Assembly: GCA_965242865.1 (NCBI GenBank)
Contig: CBDETK010000013.1
Span: 512,001 to 576,000 of the forward strand
Direction of reading: 5' to 3'
Length of the DNA: 64,000 bases
From: Candidatus Latescibacterota bacterium
Lineage (GTDB): Bacteria; Latescibacterota; UBA2968; UBA8231
Below, piece after piece: positions 1 through 9,487 of the stretch. The translations under genes and the position numbers were made by a program. The stretch's first letter is position 1, and each line of letters begins with the position of its first letter. Below the pieces are notes generated by a model. That model was given only the letters and a program-made list of their open reading frames with translations. It was not told the origin of the DNA and did no database searches.

Positions 1-19
1 GGTGTTGTTTGGGGAGTAG
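1..19 (+). CDS. 3' end of an upstream gene (...VLFGE*), probably a HerA/DUF87-type ATPase; truncated by the window edge
   Basis: g GTG TTG TTT GGG GAG TAG at 1-19 is nearly identical to the end of the ORF at 4818-5024 (...ALFGE*), which resembles a bacterial HerA C-terminus. Confidence 0.55.
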
Positions 20-24
20 GGGCG
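4..24 (+). repeat. Left copy of a 21-bp perfect direct repeat flanking the type III R-M locus
   Basis: gttgtttggggagtaggggcg at 4-24 equals 5009-5029; the match may extend left of the window. Confidence 0.9.
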
Positions 25-66
25 GAAGGTGAAGTTCTAACTAGGCAGTGTTCAAAAAGGGGTCGT

Positions 67-2001
67 ATGGCTGAATCCAAAGAATCCGTGGCGGAAACCT
101 CCCAGAATATCGTGGAAGAGCGCATTGAGCAGCTCAAAGCCTTGTTCCCGGAGGCTGTTAGCGAGGGCAAGGTGGATTTTGCAAAACTTCGCCAGTCCTT
201 GGGCGCGATGGTAGATGAGCGGCCCGAGCGATACGCATTCACTTGGGCCGGTAAGAAAGACGCGATCCGGCTTTTGCAGACCCCGAGCCGTGCGACGTTG
301 ACTCCTGCGATAGAGGAATCCGTCGACTTCGACGCGACTCGGCACCTCTTTCTCGAAGGCGACAATCTCGAAGTCCTCAAGCTCTTGTACAAGTCCTATG
401 CCCGTCGCGTGAAGGTGATTTACATCGACCCGCCGTACAACACGGGCAAGGACTTCGTGTATCCCGACAACTTCGCCGATCCGCTGGATACCTATCTCAA
501 GCTCACGGGCCAGAAGGACAATGACGGCAACCACCTTTCCAGTAATCCAGAGACGAATGGCCGCTATCATTCGGCTTGGCTTAGTATGATGTATTCCCGC
601 CTCTTCGTCGCCCGCCAATTTTTACGAGAAGACGGTGTTATTTTTGTGAGTATTGATGATAAAGAGATTTACAACCTGAGAATAGTGATGAATGAGATAT
701 TTGGCGAAGAAAATTTCGTATCGGAACTGGTGTGGAATCTCGGCACCGGGACTGAAGCCGGTCATTTTACCCGGTCGCATGAATACATACTTGTATATGC
801 AAGAAGTAAGCCTACTGTGCCTTACTTTCCGACGAGTGACCGCACACCTATTAAACATGGTGCGCTTAAAAAAATCTCTCAGGCAAATCCGGCAAGCGAG
901 ATCAATTTTCCAGCAGGAATAGGTTTTGAAGGTAAAGATGCTGTATTTTCGGGAGAGCTCGGAGGATCTGAAAAACAGATAATTGTAAGTGACGAGATGA
1001 TCTTTGAAAACGGGAAGCTCAAGGTCCCTGTGACCTTGAAAGCTGGTTGGGCCATGAAGAACCAAATACTGTCATGGCTCGCCGGTGAGGAGACTTTTGA
1101 CAGCAAAGGGCAGCGAGTCAAACAATTTTACTTCAATTCTCAGGGCATTCTCTGGTACGAAAAAGAAAGAGGGACCAGACACCCCAAAACGGCTATAAAC
1201 AACATTGCCAAAACAAAGGACGGGACGAATGAAATGAAATCACTCTTTGGACAGAGTTTGGTCGATTATCCCAAGCCTGTTGAGTTAATTAAGTTTTTGA
1301 TTAGCCTAAACACCCAGAGCAATGACCTCGTCCTCGACTTCTTCGCCGGTTCGAGCACGACTGCTCAATCCGTGCTCGAACTCAACCGCGAAGATGGCGG
1401 CAACCGACGTTTCATCATGGTGCAACTGCCCGAGGCTACGGACGAAAAAAAACCTGCCAAACAAGCCGGCTTTGACACCATTGCCGACATCGGCAAAGAG
1501 CGCATTCGCCGCGTCCTCGACAAGATGAAGAATGAGGAGCAAAATGGCAAACTCCCGCTCAAAGAGCGCACAGCCCCGGAAGATCTCGGCTTCAAGGTCT
1601 TTAAGCTGGCCGAGAGCCACTACCGTCAATGGGCCGGGGTAGAAGAAAAAGACTCCGAAAAGTATATCGAGACGTTGAAATTATTCGAGGAGCCATTCCT
1701 CCCGGACTGGAAGCCCGCAAACGTTATCTACGAGGTGGCCCTCAAGGAGGGCTATAGCCTCAACGCTACTATCGAAGAAATCAAACGGGTCGAGACGAAC
1801 ACTGTCCACCGCGTTGTGGATGCCGAAGAAGACCAGTTCTTCTTCATCTGCCTAGATCCCCAATTCGATCTCCAAACCGTCGAGTCGTTGGAACGGGAAC
1901 TGGGCTTGGGTCGAGACGACTTGCTCATTGTCCGCGACATATCCCTCACCGATTCGCTGGCTAACAATATCGTGCAGTACTGTCGGCTTAAGACGATATA
2001 G
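67..2001 (+). CDS. mod: Type III restriction-modification methyltransferase subunit Mod
   Basis: 644 aa; EGDNLEVLKLL, YIDPPYNTG (motif IV), YPKPVELI, LDFFAGS (motif I), RRFIMVQLPE; directly upstream of res. Confidence 0.95.
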   Translation: MAESKESVAETSQNIVEERIEQLKALFPEAVSEGKVDFAKLRQSLGAMVDERPERYAFTWAGKKDAIRLLQTPSRATLTPAIEESVDFDATRHLFLEGDNLEVLKLLYKSYARRVKVIYIDPPYNTGKDFVYPDNFADPLDTYLKLTGQKDNDGNHLSSNPETNGRYHSAWLSMMYSRLFVARQFLREDGVIFVSIDDKEIYNLRIVMNEIFGEENFVSELVWNLGTGTEAGHFTRSHEYILVYARSKPTVPYFPTSDRTPIKHGALKKISQANPASEINFPAGIGFEGKDAVFSGELGGSEKQIIVSDEMIFENGKLKVPVTLKAGWAMKNQILSWLAGEETFDSKGQRVKQFYFNSQGILWYEKERGTRHPKTAINNIAKTKDGTNEMKSLFGQSLVDYPKPVELIKFLISLNTQSNDLVLDFFAGSSTTAQSVLELNREDGGNRRFIMVQLPEATDEKKPAKQAGFDTIADIGKERIRRVLDKMKNEEQNGKLPLKERTAPEDLGFKVFKLAESHYRQWAGVEEKDSEKYIETLKLFEEPFLPDWKPANVIYEVALKEGYSLNATIEEIKRVETNTVHRVVDAEEDQFFFICLDPQFDLQTVESLERELGLGRDDLLIVRDISLTDSLANNIVQYCRLKTI

Positions 2002-2010
2002 GCCCTCATT

Positions 2011-4821
2011 ATGAAATTCAAATTCGATCCCAATCAAGCATACCAAGTCCAGGCGGTTGAGGCCGCCGTGGATCTTCTGCAAGGCCAACCCCGCTTTGAA
2101 GCCTCAGTGGAGTTCCAATTCGGCATCCTCTCGGCTGTGACCAATCATCTCGATTTAACCGGAGTAGATCTGCTCAAAAACCTCCAGCGAGTCCAATCCC
2201 GCAATCACATTACCCCGGACCAGACACTCAAGTACATCGAGGCGGAAATCGAGACCTCAAAAGGTAGCCGCACCGTGCGATTCCCCAATTTCTCCATTGA
2301 GATGGAGACTGGCACCGGCAAGACTTATGTATATCTGCGGACCATTTTGGAACTCCACAAACGCTATGGCCTACGCAAGTTCATTGTGGTGGTGCCGTCT
2401 GTGGCGGTGCGCGAAGGGGTACTCAAAACCCTAACCGTTACTCAGAACCACTTTGCCCGCTATTATAGCAACCCGGTCTTGCACTACTATCAGTACGATT
2501 CCGCGAATCTGTCCCAAGTGCGTCAGTTTGCCCTGTCGGATGCCATTGAAGTCATGGTTATGACTATTGACTCTTTTAACAGAGCGGCCAATGTCATCCG
2601 CCAGAGCATGGATAGGCTCCAAGGCGAGACCCCGCTCCACCTCGTCCAAGCCGCCCGCCCAATCCTTATTCTCGACGAGCCCCAGAACATGGAGAGCGCA
2701 AAGAGTATTGCGGCCCTCGCTTCGCTCGATCCCTTGTTCGCCCTGCGCTACAGTGCCACCCACCGAAATCCCTACAACCTCATCAGTCGGCTCACCCCGT
2801 ACGAAGCCTATCGCCAAGGCTTGGTTAAGCGCATTGAGATAGATGCTGTGGTCGCTGACGACGCCAACCAAGTCTTCATTCGGGTAGAGGATATCCAGAC
2901 TCGAAAACGGACTCTTACTGCGCGTCTAGCGGTACATCGGCTCATGCAAAGCGGGAAGGTCAAAGAAGTGGTGGTCACGGTCAAGCCCGGCGACTCGCTA
3001 AAACAGAAAACTAGCCGACCCGAATACCAAGGCTTTGAAATCGACGAAATCAACTTGGGTTTTGTCCGCTTTGCCAACAATGTCGAATTGCAATTGGGCG
3101 AAGAGCAGGGCTCGGACAAAGAAGCCATCTTCAAAGCGCAAATTCACCATACCATTAAGGAACACTTGAGAAAACAAGCTCGCCTCAGAGCACGGGGCAT
3201 CAAGGTGCTCTCGCTCTTCTTTATTGATCGGGTCGGCAACTACGTTGAGGAGGACGGCCTCATTCGCCAGATCTTCAATCAGTCTTTCACGGAACTCAAA
3301 GTGCATTATCCCGATTGGCAGAATGTAGAGCCGGAGGATGTGCAGGCAGGGTATTTTGCCCAGAAGCGGCGCAGAAGCGGGGCTGTTGAGATGCTGGACT
3401 CGTGGTCGGGCGAAACGAGGGAGGATGAGGCCGCCTACGATCTGATTATGAAGGACAAGGAATCCCTGCTTTCATTTCCAGCGGCGGGAGACGATGAGGA
3501 AACCAAACGCAAAAAGCAGGTGAGTTTCATTTTTTCCCACTCGGCCTTGCGCGAGGGTTGGGACAATCCCAATGTCTTCCAAATTTGCACCCTCAATCAG
3601 TCCGTCTCACCGGTCAAAAAGCGTCAGGAGGTTGGCCGAGGGGTACGCCTAGCCGTAAATCAGACCGGCGAGCGAATCCACGACGAGCAGATTAATATCC
3701 TCACTGTGATAGCCAATGAGAGCTACCTCCAGTACGCGGAAACCCTCCAGAGCGAGATTGCCTTTGAGTATCAAGAGGAGATCGAGGCTCGCTTTGGCAA
3801 GACCCTGATGAATTTGAGCGCGGAGGAACGGCGCAAGGTCGAAGAGGAATACGGCCAAGAGATTCTGCCGCCTCTGCCTCGGCAGGCCGGTGCCTCTAAA
3901 GCCAAGCTGCAAAAGGCACGGGTATTGAACCCCGAATTTGAGAAACTGTGGGAGCGGATCAAGCACAAAACCCGTTACGCTATTGCCATAGATACCGAAC
4001 AGCTTTTAGACGAGGTAGCGGCCGAGATCAATACAGTCGGCATCTCGGCTCCGCGTGTAACCATCACCAAGGGATCTGTTCATGTAGATGATCGAGCCAG
4101 CGTGTTTGAGGCCCTTCAGACGAGCGCAGTCAAGACCGTGGCCTATTTAGAGGGCCGTTTTCCTCTGCCCAATCTCATAGACGTCATGGTGAACCTGCTG
4201 GAGCATACCTCGCCACCCATCCGGCTCACGCGCCGCACCTTGCTCGAACTCATCCGTCGCGTTGAGGACCGACAGGCAGCCACAGAAAACCCGCACGAAT
4301 TTGCTACTGTGGCCGTTGCTACTTTGAAAAAGAAGCTAGCCGACCTCCTAGTTCACGGCATTCGCTATGAGAAGATCAACGAATGGTACGAGATGTCTCA
4401 GATATTAGACGAAGAAGAAATCGAACTTTTCAGCAAGCACACCCAAACTAGCCAAAAAGCACCTTACGACGTCATTCCCTGTGATTCAGAGGTCGAATCC
4501 AAGTTCGTCAAGGATCTGGATGGCAGGGGCGATGTGAAGCTCTACGTCAAGCTGCCGGCGTGGTTCACGGTGCCTACTCCAATAGGCGATTACAACCCGG
4601 ACTGGGCTGTGGCTATTGAAGACGAAAATGGCAAGGATACTCTGTGCATGGTCGCTGAAACCAAGTCTACTACTAACCTCGACGATCTCCGGCCAGATGA
4701 GCGTCGCAAAATCTACTGTGGTGCCGCTCATTTCGGCTCTACCCAGCCCTCAATCGCCCGCGACGGTGCCTTGGAGGGCGTCAACTACAAAGTCGTAACT
4801 TCTGCCGACGAACTGCCATGA
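2011..4821 (+). CDS. res: Type III restriction endonuclease subunit Res
   Basis: 936 aa; EMETGTGKT (Walker A), LILDEPQ, RYSATH, LREGWDNPNVFQ, QEVGRGVRL, C-terminal YNPDW...AETK PD-(D/E)XK nuclease. Confidence 0.95.
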   Translation: MKFKFDPNQAYQVQAVEAAVDLLQGQPRFEASVEFQFGILSAVTNHLDLTGVDLLKNLQRVQSRNHITPDQTLKYIEAEIETSKGSRTVRFPNFSIEMETGTGKTYVYLRTILELHKRYGLRKFIVVVPSVAVREGVLKTLTVTQNHFARYYSNPVLHYYQYDSANLSQVRQFALSDAIEVMVMTIDSFNRAANVIRQSMDRLQGETPLHLVQAARPILILDEPQNMESAKSIAALASLDPLFALRYSATHRNPYNLISRLTPYEAYRQGLVKRIEIDAVVADDANQVFIRVEDIQTRKRTLTARLAVHRLMQSGKVKEVVVTVKPGDSLKQKTSRPEYQGFEIDEINLGFVRFANNVELQLGEEQGSDKEAIFKAQIHHTIKEHLRKQARLRARGIKVLSLFFIDRVGNYVEEDGLIRQIFNQSFTELKVHYPDWQNVEPEDVQAGYFAQKRRRSGAVEMLDSWSGETREDEAAYDLIMKDKESLLSFPAAGDDEETKRKKQVSFIFSHSALREGWDNPNVFQICTLNQSVSPVKKRQEVGRGVRLAVNQTGERIHDEQINILTVIANESYLQYAETLQSEIAFEYQEEIEARFGKTLMNLSAEERRKVEEEYGQEILPPLPRQAGASKAKLQKARVLNPEFEKLWERIKHKTRYAIAIDTEQLLDEVAAEINTVGISAPRVTITKGSVHVDDRASVFEALQTSAVKTVAYLEGRFPLPNLIDVMVNLLEHTSPPIRLTRRTLLELIRRVEDRQAATENPHEFATVAVATLKKKLADLLVHGIRYEKINEWYEMSQILDEEEIELFSKHTQTSQKAPYDVIPCDSEVESKFVKDLDGRGDVKLYVKLPAWFTVPTPIGDYNPDWAVAIEDENGKDTLCMVAETKSTTNLDDLRPDERRKIYCGAAHFGSTQPSIARDGALEGVNYKVVTSADELP

Positions 4822-5024
4822 ATCTGATTGAGCTTACTAATAGTGGCCTCGACTCCAAGCAGCAGGCCCTGATCCTCGGCCACGCCGTGCCCATGCCAGT
4901 AGTGATCAAGACCCGCGACTACGACGCCCAGTTCTACAGCGCGATGGGCTGCTTGGACGATCTGCCGGTTGAGGAGCGGCGGCAAAAGGTGGAGCGGGAC
5001 GTGGCGGCGTTGTTTGGGGAGTAG
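4818..5024 (+). pseudogene. Displaced or duplicated C-terminal fragment of a HerA/DUF87-like ATPase
   Basis: LDSKQQALILGHAVPMPVVIKTRDYD resembles, from memory, bacterial HerA C-termini; it ends in the same LFGE* sequence as the gene at the window start. Confidence 0.6.
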
Positions 5025-5029
5025 GGGCG
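5009..5029 (+). repeat. Right copy of the 21-bp direct repeat
   Basis: Identical to 4-24. Confidence 0.9.
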
Positions 5030-5133
5030 CGGTGCGATGCGTACAGGATCGGACGCTGTAATGACGCTCGGCTTGTTTCCGCCCAGCGGCGAGACGCCCA
5101 AGCCCTGACCCACACCTTTCGACGAAGGTTCTC

Positions 5134-5919
5134 ATGACGCCCGAACAAGCCCTAGCAAAACGCCAACAGTTATTACGCGACGGATTCTGCGTCGTCGATA
5201 CCGTGCTCTGCGACGAATTCTTACGGGAATTGCGCGACGAGACCGAGCGCATGATGGAGGACTGGGTGCCGCCGCCCGACTTCAAGTACCAAGGCCAGCA
5301 CGTCACCGCACGCGGCGAGGACAACCCGACTATCCAAAAATTGCTCGACTGGCCCCCCACGCGCCGTGCCCTCGACCAAATGGGCTTGGGCGACTTTGCC
5401 AGCACCGGCGGCATTATTCTGCTGACGAAAGACCCGGGCGAACCGGCCCTGTATTGGCACCAAGATTGGATGCAGTGGAACGATCCGCTGAGTTGTTCGC
5501 CGTGGCCGCAGATCATTTTTGTGTCCTACTACTTGAGCGACACCACGCCGGAAAACGGCTGTCTCAAGGTCATCCCCGGCACGCACCACAAGCGCATCGC
5601 GCTGCACGACGAAATGGTGCCGGCCCACGAGCAGGGGGCGCGGTTCATAGCCGAAGACCACCCGACCATGTTCAGCGATCACCCCGACCAAGTCGATGTC
5701 TGCGTCAAGGCCGGCGACTTGGTGCTGGCCGACGCCCGCGTGTTGCACTCGGCGTACCGCAACCAGACGGACGAGCGCCGCACGTTGGTATTGGCTTGGC
5801 ATCGCCGCCCCGAGACCGTGCCCGCGTATTGGACCGATCCCGTGCCAGCCATCATCGCCGCCCGCGATCCGAAGAAGGAATACCCGGGCTCGCGCATTCC
5901 GGGTGCGCTCTTGCAATAG
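5134..5919 (+). CDS. Phytanoyl-CoA dioxygenase (PhyH) family Fe(II)/2OG oxygenase
   Basis: DGFCVV, YWHQD (HxD), ENGCLKVIPGTH, AGDLVL..LHSA..N...RR. Confidence 0.9.
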   Translation: MTPEQALAKRQQLLRDGFCVVDTVLCDEFLRELRDETERMMEDWVPPPDFKYQGQHVTARGEDNPTIQKLLDWPPTRRALDQMGLGDFASTGGIILLTKDPGEPALYWHQDWMQWNDPLSCSPWPQIIFVSYYLSDTTPENGCLKVIPGTHHKRIALHDEMVPAHEQGARFIAEDHPTMFSDHPDQVDVCVKAGDLVLADARVLHSAYRNQTDERRTLVLAWHRRPETVPAYWTDPVPAIIAARDPKKEYPGSRIPGALLQ

Positions 5920-5940
5920 CAAAATTTAGCATGGCCGCGG

Positions 5941-6738
5941 ATGAATCGATATTCTGTTGGATACGATGAGCGCACGGTCCGTTTCTTGGCGGACCGCACC
6001 GCTGAGACGCACGCTCAATTCCTGCTGGATTACCTTGCGCCCGGGATGGACCTGTTGGATGGGGGCTGTGGGCCTGGGAGCATAACCAAGGGACTGGCGG
6101 CGATTGTGACGCCGGGGCGCGTCGTAGGCGTGGACTGCGACCAGAGCCAAATTGCCCTAGCCCAGTCCCTCGCCGCTAGCTCCTCCGCGATTGAGTTCAG
6201 AACCGACGATCTTTGCAACCTGACTGCGGACGACGAGTCTTATGATGTCGTCTTTGTACACGGAGTCCTAGAGCACATCGCCGACCCAGCGAGAGCCATT
6301 CTTGAGATTCGCCGGGTGCTAAAATCGGGCGGACTGGTCGGCTCTAGACACGCCGACTTCGGCGGGTTCCTGCTCGAACCTGTGCCAGAGCCGCTCGGGC
6401 AGTTCGCCCCGTTATTCGTCGAGTTGATGAAACGCAACGGTGGAGACCCGTACTTTGGACGACGCCAGTTGGGGCTGTTCCGAGCGGCGGGATTCGAGAT
6501 GCTCAAGGTGTCCGCGTCGTACGACTGTTGGACGCAGGATGCGGACGCCACGCGGCGAAACGCGCACTTTCTCGCGGAATTGTGCGGGGGATCTGAGTTC
6601 TCGGAGCAGCTTGTGGAATACGGGCTGGCGGACCAACGAGTCTTGGCGCAGCTACAGTCCTCGTTCCGCAGGTGGGGGGAGCGGCCAGAGGCGTTTGCGG
6701 CCGAAGCGTGGGGGGAACTCGTCGCTAAGAAAGCGTGA
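5941..6738 (+). CDS. Class I SAM-dependent methyltransferase
   Basis: LLDGGCGPG SAM-binding motif, VVGVD, YDVVFVHGVLEH, RRVLKSGG. Confidence 0.9.
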   Translation: MNRYSVGYDERTVRFLADRTAETHAQFLLDYLAPGMDLLDGGCGPGSITKGLAAIVTPGRVVGVDCDQSQIALAQSLAASSSAIEFRTDDLCNLTADDESYDVVFVHGVLEHIADPARAILEIRRVLKSGGLVGSRHADFGGFLLEPVPEPLGQFAPLFVELMKRNGGDPYFGRRQLGLFRAAGFEMLKVSASYDCWTQDADATRRNAHFLAELCGGSEFSEQLVEYGLADQRVLAQLQSSFRRWGERPEAFAAEAWGELVAKKA

Positions 6739-6752
6739 GTTGGGTTTGAGAG

Positions 6753-7013
6753 GTGGATATGGAGCTTCTATTGGACATTGTCGGTGATGGCATTCCTGCT
6801 CTTTTCAGGCGAAACCTGCCCAAACCCATTCATCGCCTGCGGCTCGCAGCATGGACCGTCGCGATTGCTAGCGTATCACTATTCTTTTTGACGGATGTGC
6901 CATCGTTAGAAGCGCATAGACGGTTGCTCAAAGGCGCGGTCCTTGGCGGCTTGGTCCTCTTCGTCGCGATCTTGGTCGCCATCGTAGTCTGCAAAAAAAG
7001 AACTCAGACGTGA
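6753..7013 (+). CDS. Small hypothetical membrane protein (2 TM)
   Basis: 86 aa; two hydrophobic segments and a basic C-terminus; start uncertain (ATG at 6759 follows gaggtg). Confidence 0.5.
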   Translation: MDMELLLDIVGDGIPALFRRNLPKPIHRLRLAAWTVAIASVSLFFLTDVPSLEAHRRLLKGAVLGGLVLFVAILVAIVVCKKRTQT

Positions 7014-7016
7014 CCC

Positions 7017-7074
7017 AAAGGCGGGTTGTCCTGCGCGCTTTGCGATGCGCCAGCCCGAGGACAACCACGCCTTT
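7017..7074. terminator. Inverted repeat between convergent genes, probable bidirectional terminator
   Basis: aaaggcgggttgtcct ... aggacaaccacgccttt stem with A and T tails. Confidence 0.6.
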
Positions 7075-7107
7075 TGATTGATTCAGCCGCGGCTAGCCGC
7101 GCTCGCC

Positions 7108-7698
7108 TTATTCTGCGTTGGCCTCGATCAGCACCTGAATTCTTACTTCATCCCCGAGCACGGCACTGAAGCGTTCCCAGCTATTGACCCCGTAATCCGA
7201 GCAGAGCACGGAAAAATTAGCTTCTAGGCCGATCTGCGCCTTGCCGTTGCGCGGATTGGTGCCGGTGCCGAGGATTTCGATCGGCAGGGTGACCTCTTTG
7301 GTGGTGCCGTGCATGGTCAGCTTGCCCTTCACGCTGAGGGTGTCTTCACTCGCGCTGGTCACTTCGGTCGATTCAAAGGTGATCGTCGGATAGTTTTCAG
7401 CGTCGAAAAAGTCGGCGTTTCGCAGGTGGCCGTCGCGGCGTTCGTTGCCCGTGTCAATGCTCTTGACCTGAATGGTGCCGGAGAAGGTCGAAGCGGCGGG
7501 CTTGGCCGCGTCGTAGCCGATGGTGCCGCTGAAGTCTCCGAAACGGCCCTTCGTGCGGCCGACGAGGTGGCGAATGCTGAAATCGACTGAGGAGTGCGAA
7601 GCATCGACCACATAGGTTTCTGCGAAAGTCGCCTCGGCGGTAAGAGCGACCGTCAGGGCGGCAACCCATGCAAAGCGAAGCGCGTTGGGACGAGTCAT
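7108..7698 (-). CDS. YceI-family periplasmic polyisoprenoid-binding protein
   Basis: Signal peptide; VDASHSSVDFSIRH, SIDTGNERRDGHLR..DFFD..YPTITF, GKLTMHG. Confidence 0.93.
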   Translation of the reverse strand: MTRPNALRFAWVAALTVALTAEATFAETYVVDASHSSVDFSIRHLVGRTKGRFGDFSGTIGYDAAKPAASTFSGTIQVKSIDTGNERRDGHLRNADFFDAENYPTITFESTEVTSASEDTLSVKGKLTMHGTTKEVTLPIEILGTGTNPRNGKAQIGLEANFSVLCSDYGVNSWERFSAVLGDEVRIQVLIEANAE

Positions 7699-7880
7699 GG
7701 AATTCTCCTTGGCTATTGAGGTGAGAGTGAATCAGGCGTTTTGCCTCTGACAAATCTGGTGCAATAAGATGGGAACCTAGAGCGGTCGGGGCAAATTTTT
7801 GCGTTGCAGGATGGGTTTTCTTGACCGAGGCGACCCTATTGGGTTTATTTATACTACTTCAAAAAAGAAAGGAGACCGTC

Positions 7881-8111
7881 ATGCTGATCATTCGTGGAAA
7901 GACCGAGAGGGAAGCTCTTGAGGAGGTTCAGCGGCGCAGGAATACGCCGGAAGGGGCCGGGCTGATCTATAAAATCGTCGAATCGCGTTTTGGCACCGGG
8001 TTTGATATTGTGGCCATGGACCCAGATATGTACGTGGGTATGCTGACGGGCGAGTTGCCGACCATTCCCCAACTTAGAGGGAGCTCGCTGATGGGCAGGA
8101 TGACCCTCTGA
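7881..8111 (+). CDS. Small hypothetical protein (76 aa)
   Basis: Strong RBS (aaggag) before ATG 7881; its stop overlaps the next ATG (TGATG). Confidence 0.65.
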   Translation: MLIIRGKTEREALEEVQRRRNTPEGAGLIYKIVESRFGTGFDIVAMDPDMYVGMLTGELPTIPQLRGSSLMGRMTL

Positions 8112-8518
8112 TGGCTCCACGGTCTGACAAAGTCGACCGTCAGCGGCCAGAGGCGATTCCGACTGATGACAAACAATATAATCTTGCGGCCGACATAGTA
8201 GCCATACAGCGCGAACGGAATGAGCTTGCTGGTCGCTTCTTGGAAATTGGCCAACAAGAGAACCAACGCCATTACTCTTTTCTCTCCGAACAGCTAAAAG
8301 TACAAGACGAGCAGAACAAGAGATCGCACCGACTAGCGCGGCTGATCATTGGCGGCGTTGGGTTTGTGCTGTTGCTGCTACTGTACATGGTGTTTTTCGG
8401 GAGCGAGGCCCAAGTCGGCAAGGCCGAGAAAATACTGACCGAGGGGGCCAAAGCACTCGGCGGTGCTGGTTTTATATTTCTCGTATGGGGTGGCCTCAAA
8501 CGCCTCACTAATCGCTAA
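8111..8518 (+). CDS. Hypothetical membrane protein (coiled-coil + C-terminal TM helices, DUF2335-like layout)
   Basis: 135 aa; Q/E/R-rich helical middle, hydrophobic LIIGGVGFVLLLLLYMVFF and ALGGAGFIFLVWGG. Confidence 0.7.
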   Translation: MAPRSDKVDRQRPEAIPTDDKQYNLAADIVAIQRERNELAGRFLEIGQQENQRHYSFLSEQLKVQDEQNKRSHRLARLIIGGVGFVLLLLLYMVFFGSEAQVGKAEKILTEGAKALGGAGFIFLVWGGLKRLTNR

Positions 8519-8641
8519 TTCTCCGTCTATTATACTCCCTCATTGGCGTCCGATCCTATCGCAGGAGTGGCCGTTGATGGGGGTTATTTTTATCGACTAC
8601 GCGCTGTTCGGTGAGCCGGTGCTGCGAGCAAAGGGCGCAAA

Positions 8642-9487
8642 GTGAAGCTGGGGATTTTCCACAAGGTTTTTGCGCGGCCCACGCTGGAGGAAAGCCTCGA
8701 CCGAGTGCAGGCCGCTGGCTTGGAGGCCGTGCAGCTCGATTTGACGGTCGCAGGGATCGATCCGGCGGTGCTGACCGACGCCGATTGCGAGCACATTCGC
8801 GCCGCGCATGCAACGCGGGGTATTGAGATCGCCGCGCTGTCGGGGACCTTCAATATCATTGACCCTGACTTGGAAAAACGCCGCGCCGGGATGCGCTGGC
8901 TCGCTGCGCTGGCCGCTGTAAGCGGCAAGTTAGGTGCCGAATTGATCACTTTCTGCACGGGCACGCGCAATCCCGACTCTATGTGGGGAGGCCATCCCGA
9001 CAACAACACGCCGGCCGCTTGGGCCGAGATGGTCGCGGCCATGGAGGAAGCCGTGGCGGTCGCCGAGGCGCGGGGCGCGACCCTCGCGTTTGAGCCGGAG
9101 GTCAACAATGTGGTGGATTCGGCGCAAAAGGCGCGGCGCTTGCTCGACGCGGTGCAATCCAAGCATTTGCAGGTGGTTATCGACGGTGCCAACCTGTTCC
9201 ACGCCGGCGAGTTGCCGCGGATGCGTGCGGTCTTAGACGAGGCGTTCGACTGGCTCGGGGATTCGATTCGGCTGGCCCACGCCAAAGACTTGGACCGGGA
9301 TGGCGACGCCGGGCACCAAGCCGCGGGCACGGGTCGGCTCAACTACGATCACTACTTGGCGCTCCTGCGGCAGATAGGCTTTGACGGATCGTTGATATTG
9401 CACAGCCTCAAAGAGGAGCAAGTGGCGGCGTCCGCGGCTTTTGTGCGTGCGCGGATGAAACTTGAGAAAGGAACGAAAAATGTCTGA
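8642..9487 (+). CDS. Sugar phosphate isomerase/epimerase (AP_endonuc_2 TIM barrel)
   Basis: LAFEPE, VVIDGANL, LAHAKD, GTG.LNY, LILH. Confidence 0.88.
   Translation: MKLGIFHKVFARPTLEESLDRVQAAGLEAVQLDLTVAGIDPAVLTDADCEHIRAAHATRGIEIAALSGTFNIIDPDLEKRRAGMRWLAALAAVSGKLGAELITFCTGTRNPDSMWGGHPDNNTPAAWAEMVAAMEEAVAVAEARGATLAFEPEVNNVVDSAQKARRLLDAVQSKHLQVVIDGANLFHAGELPRMRAVLDEAFDWLGDSIRLAHAKDLDRDGDAGHQAAGTGRLNYDHYLALLRQIGFDGSLILHSLKEEQVAASAAFVRARMKLEKGTKNV

Noticed and set aside
1445-1452. A8 tract in mod as a phase-variation switch
   Set aside because: Short, in frame and encodes Glu-Lys-Lys; no long simple-sequence repeat typical of phase-variable mod genes
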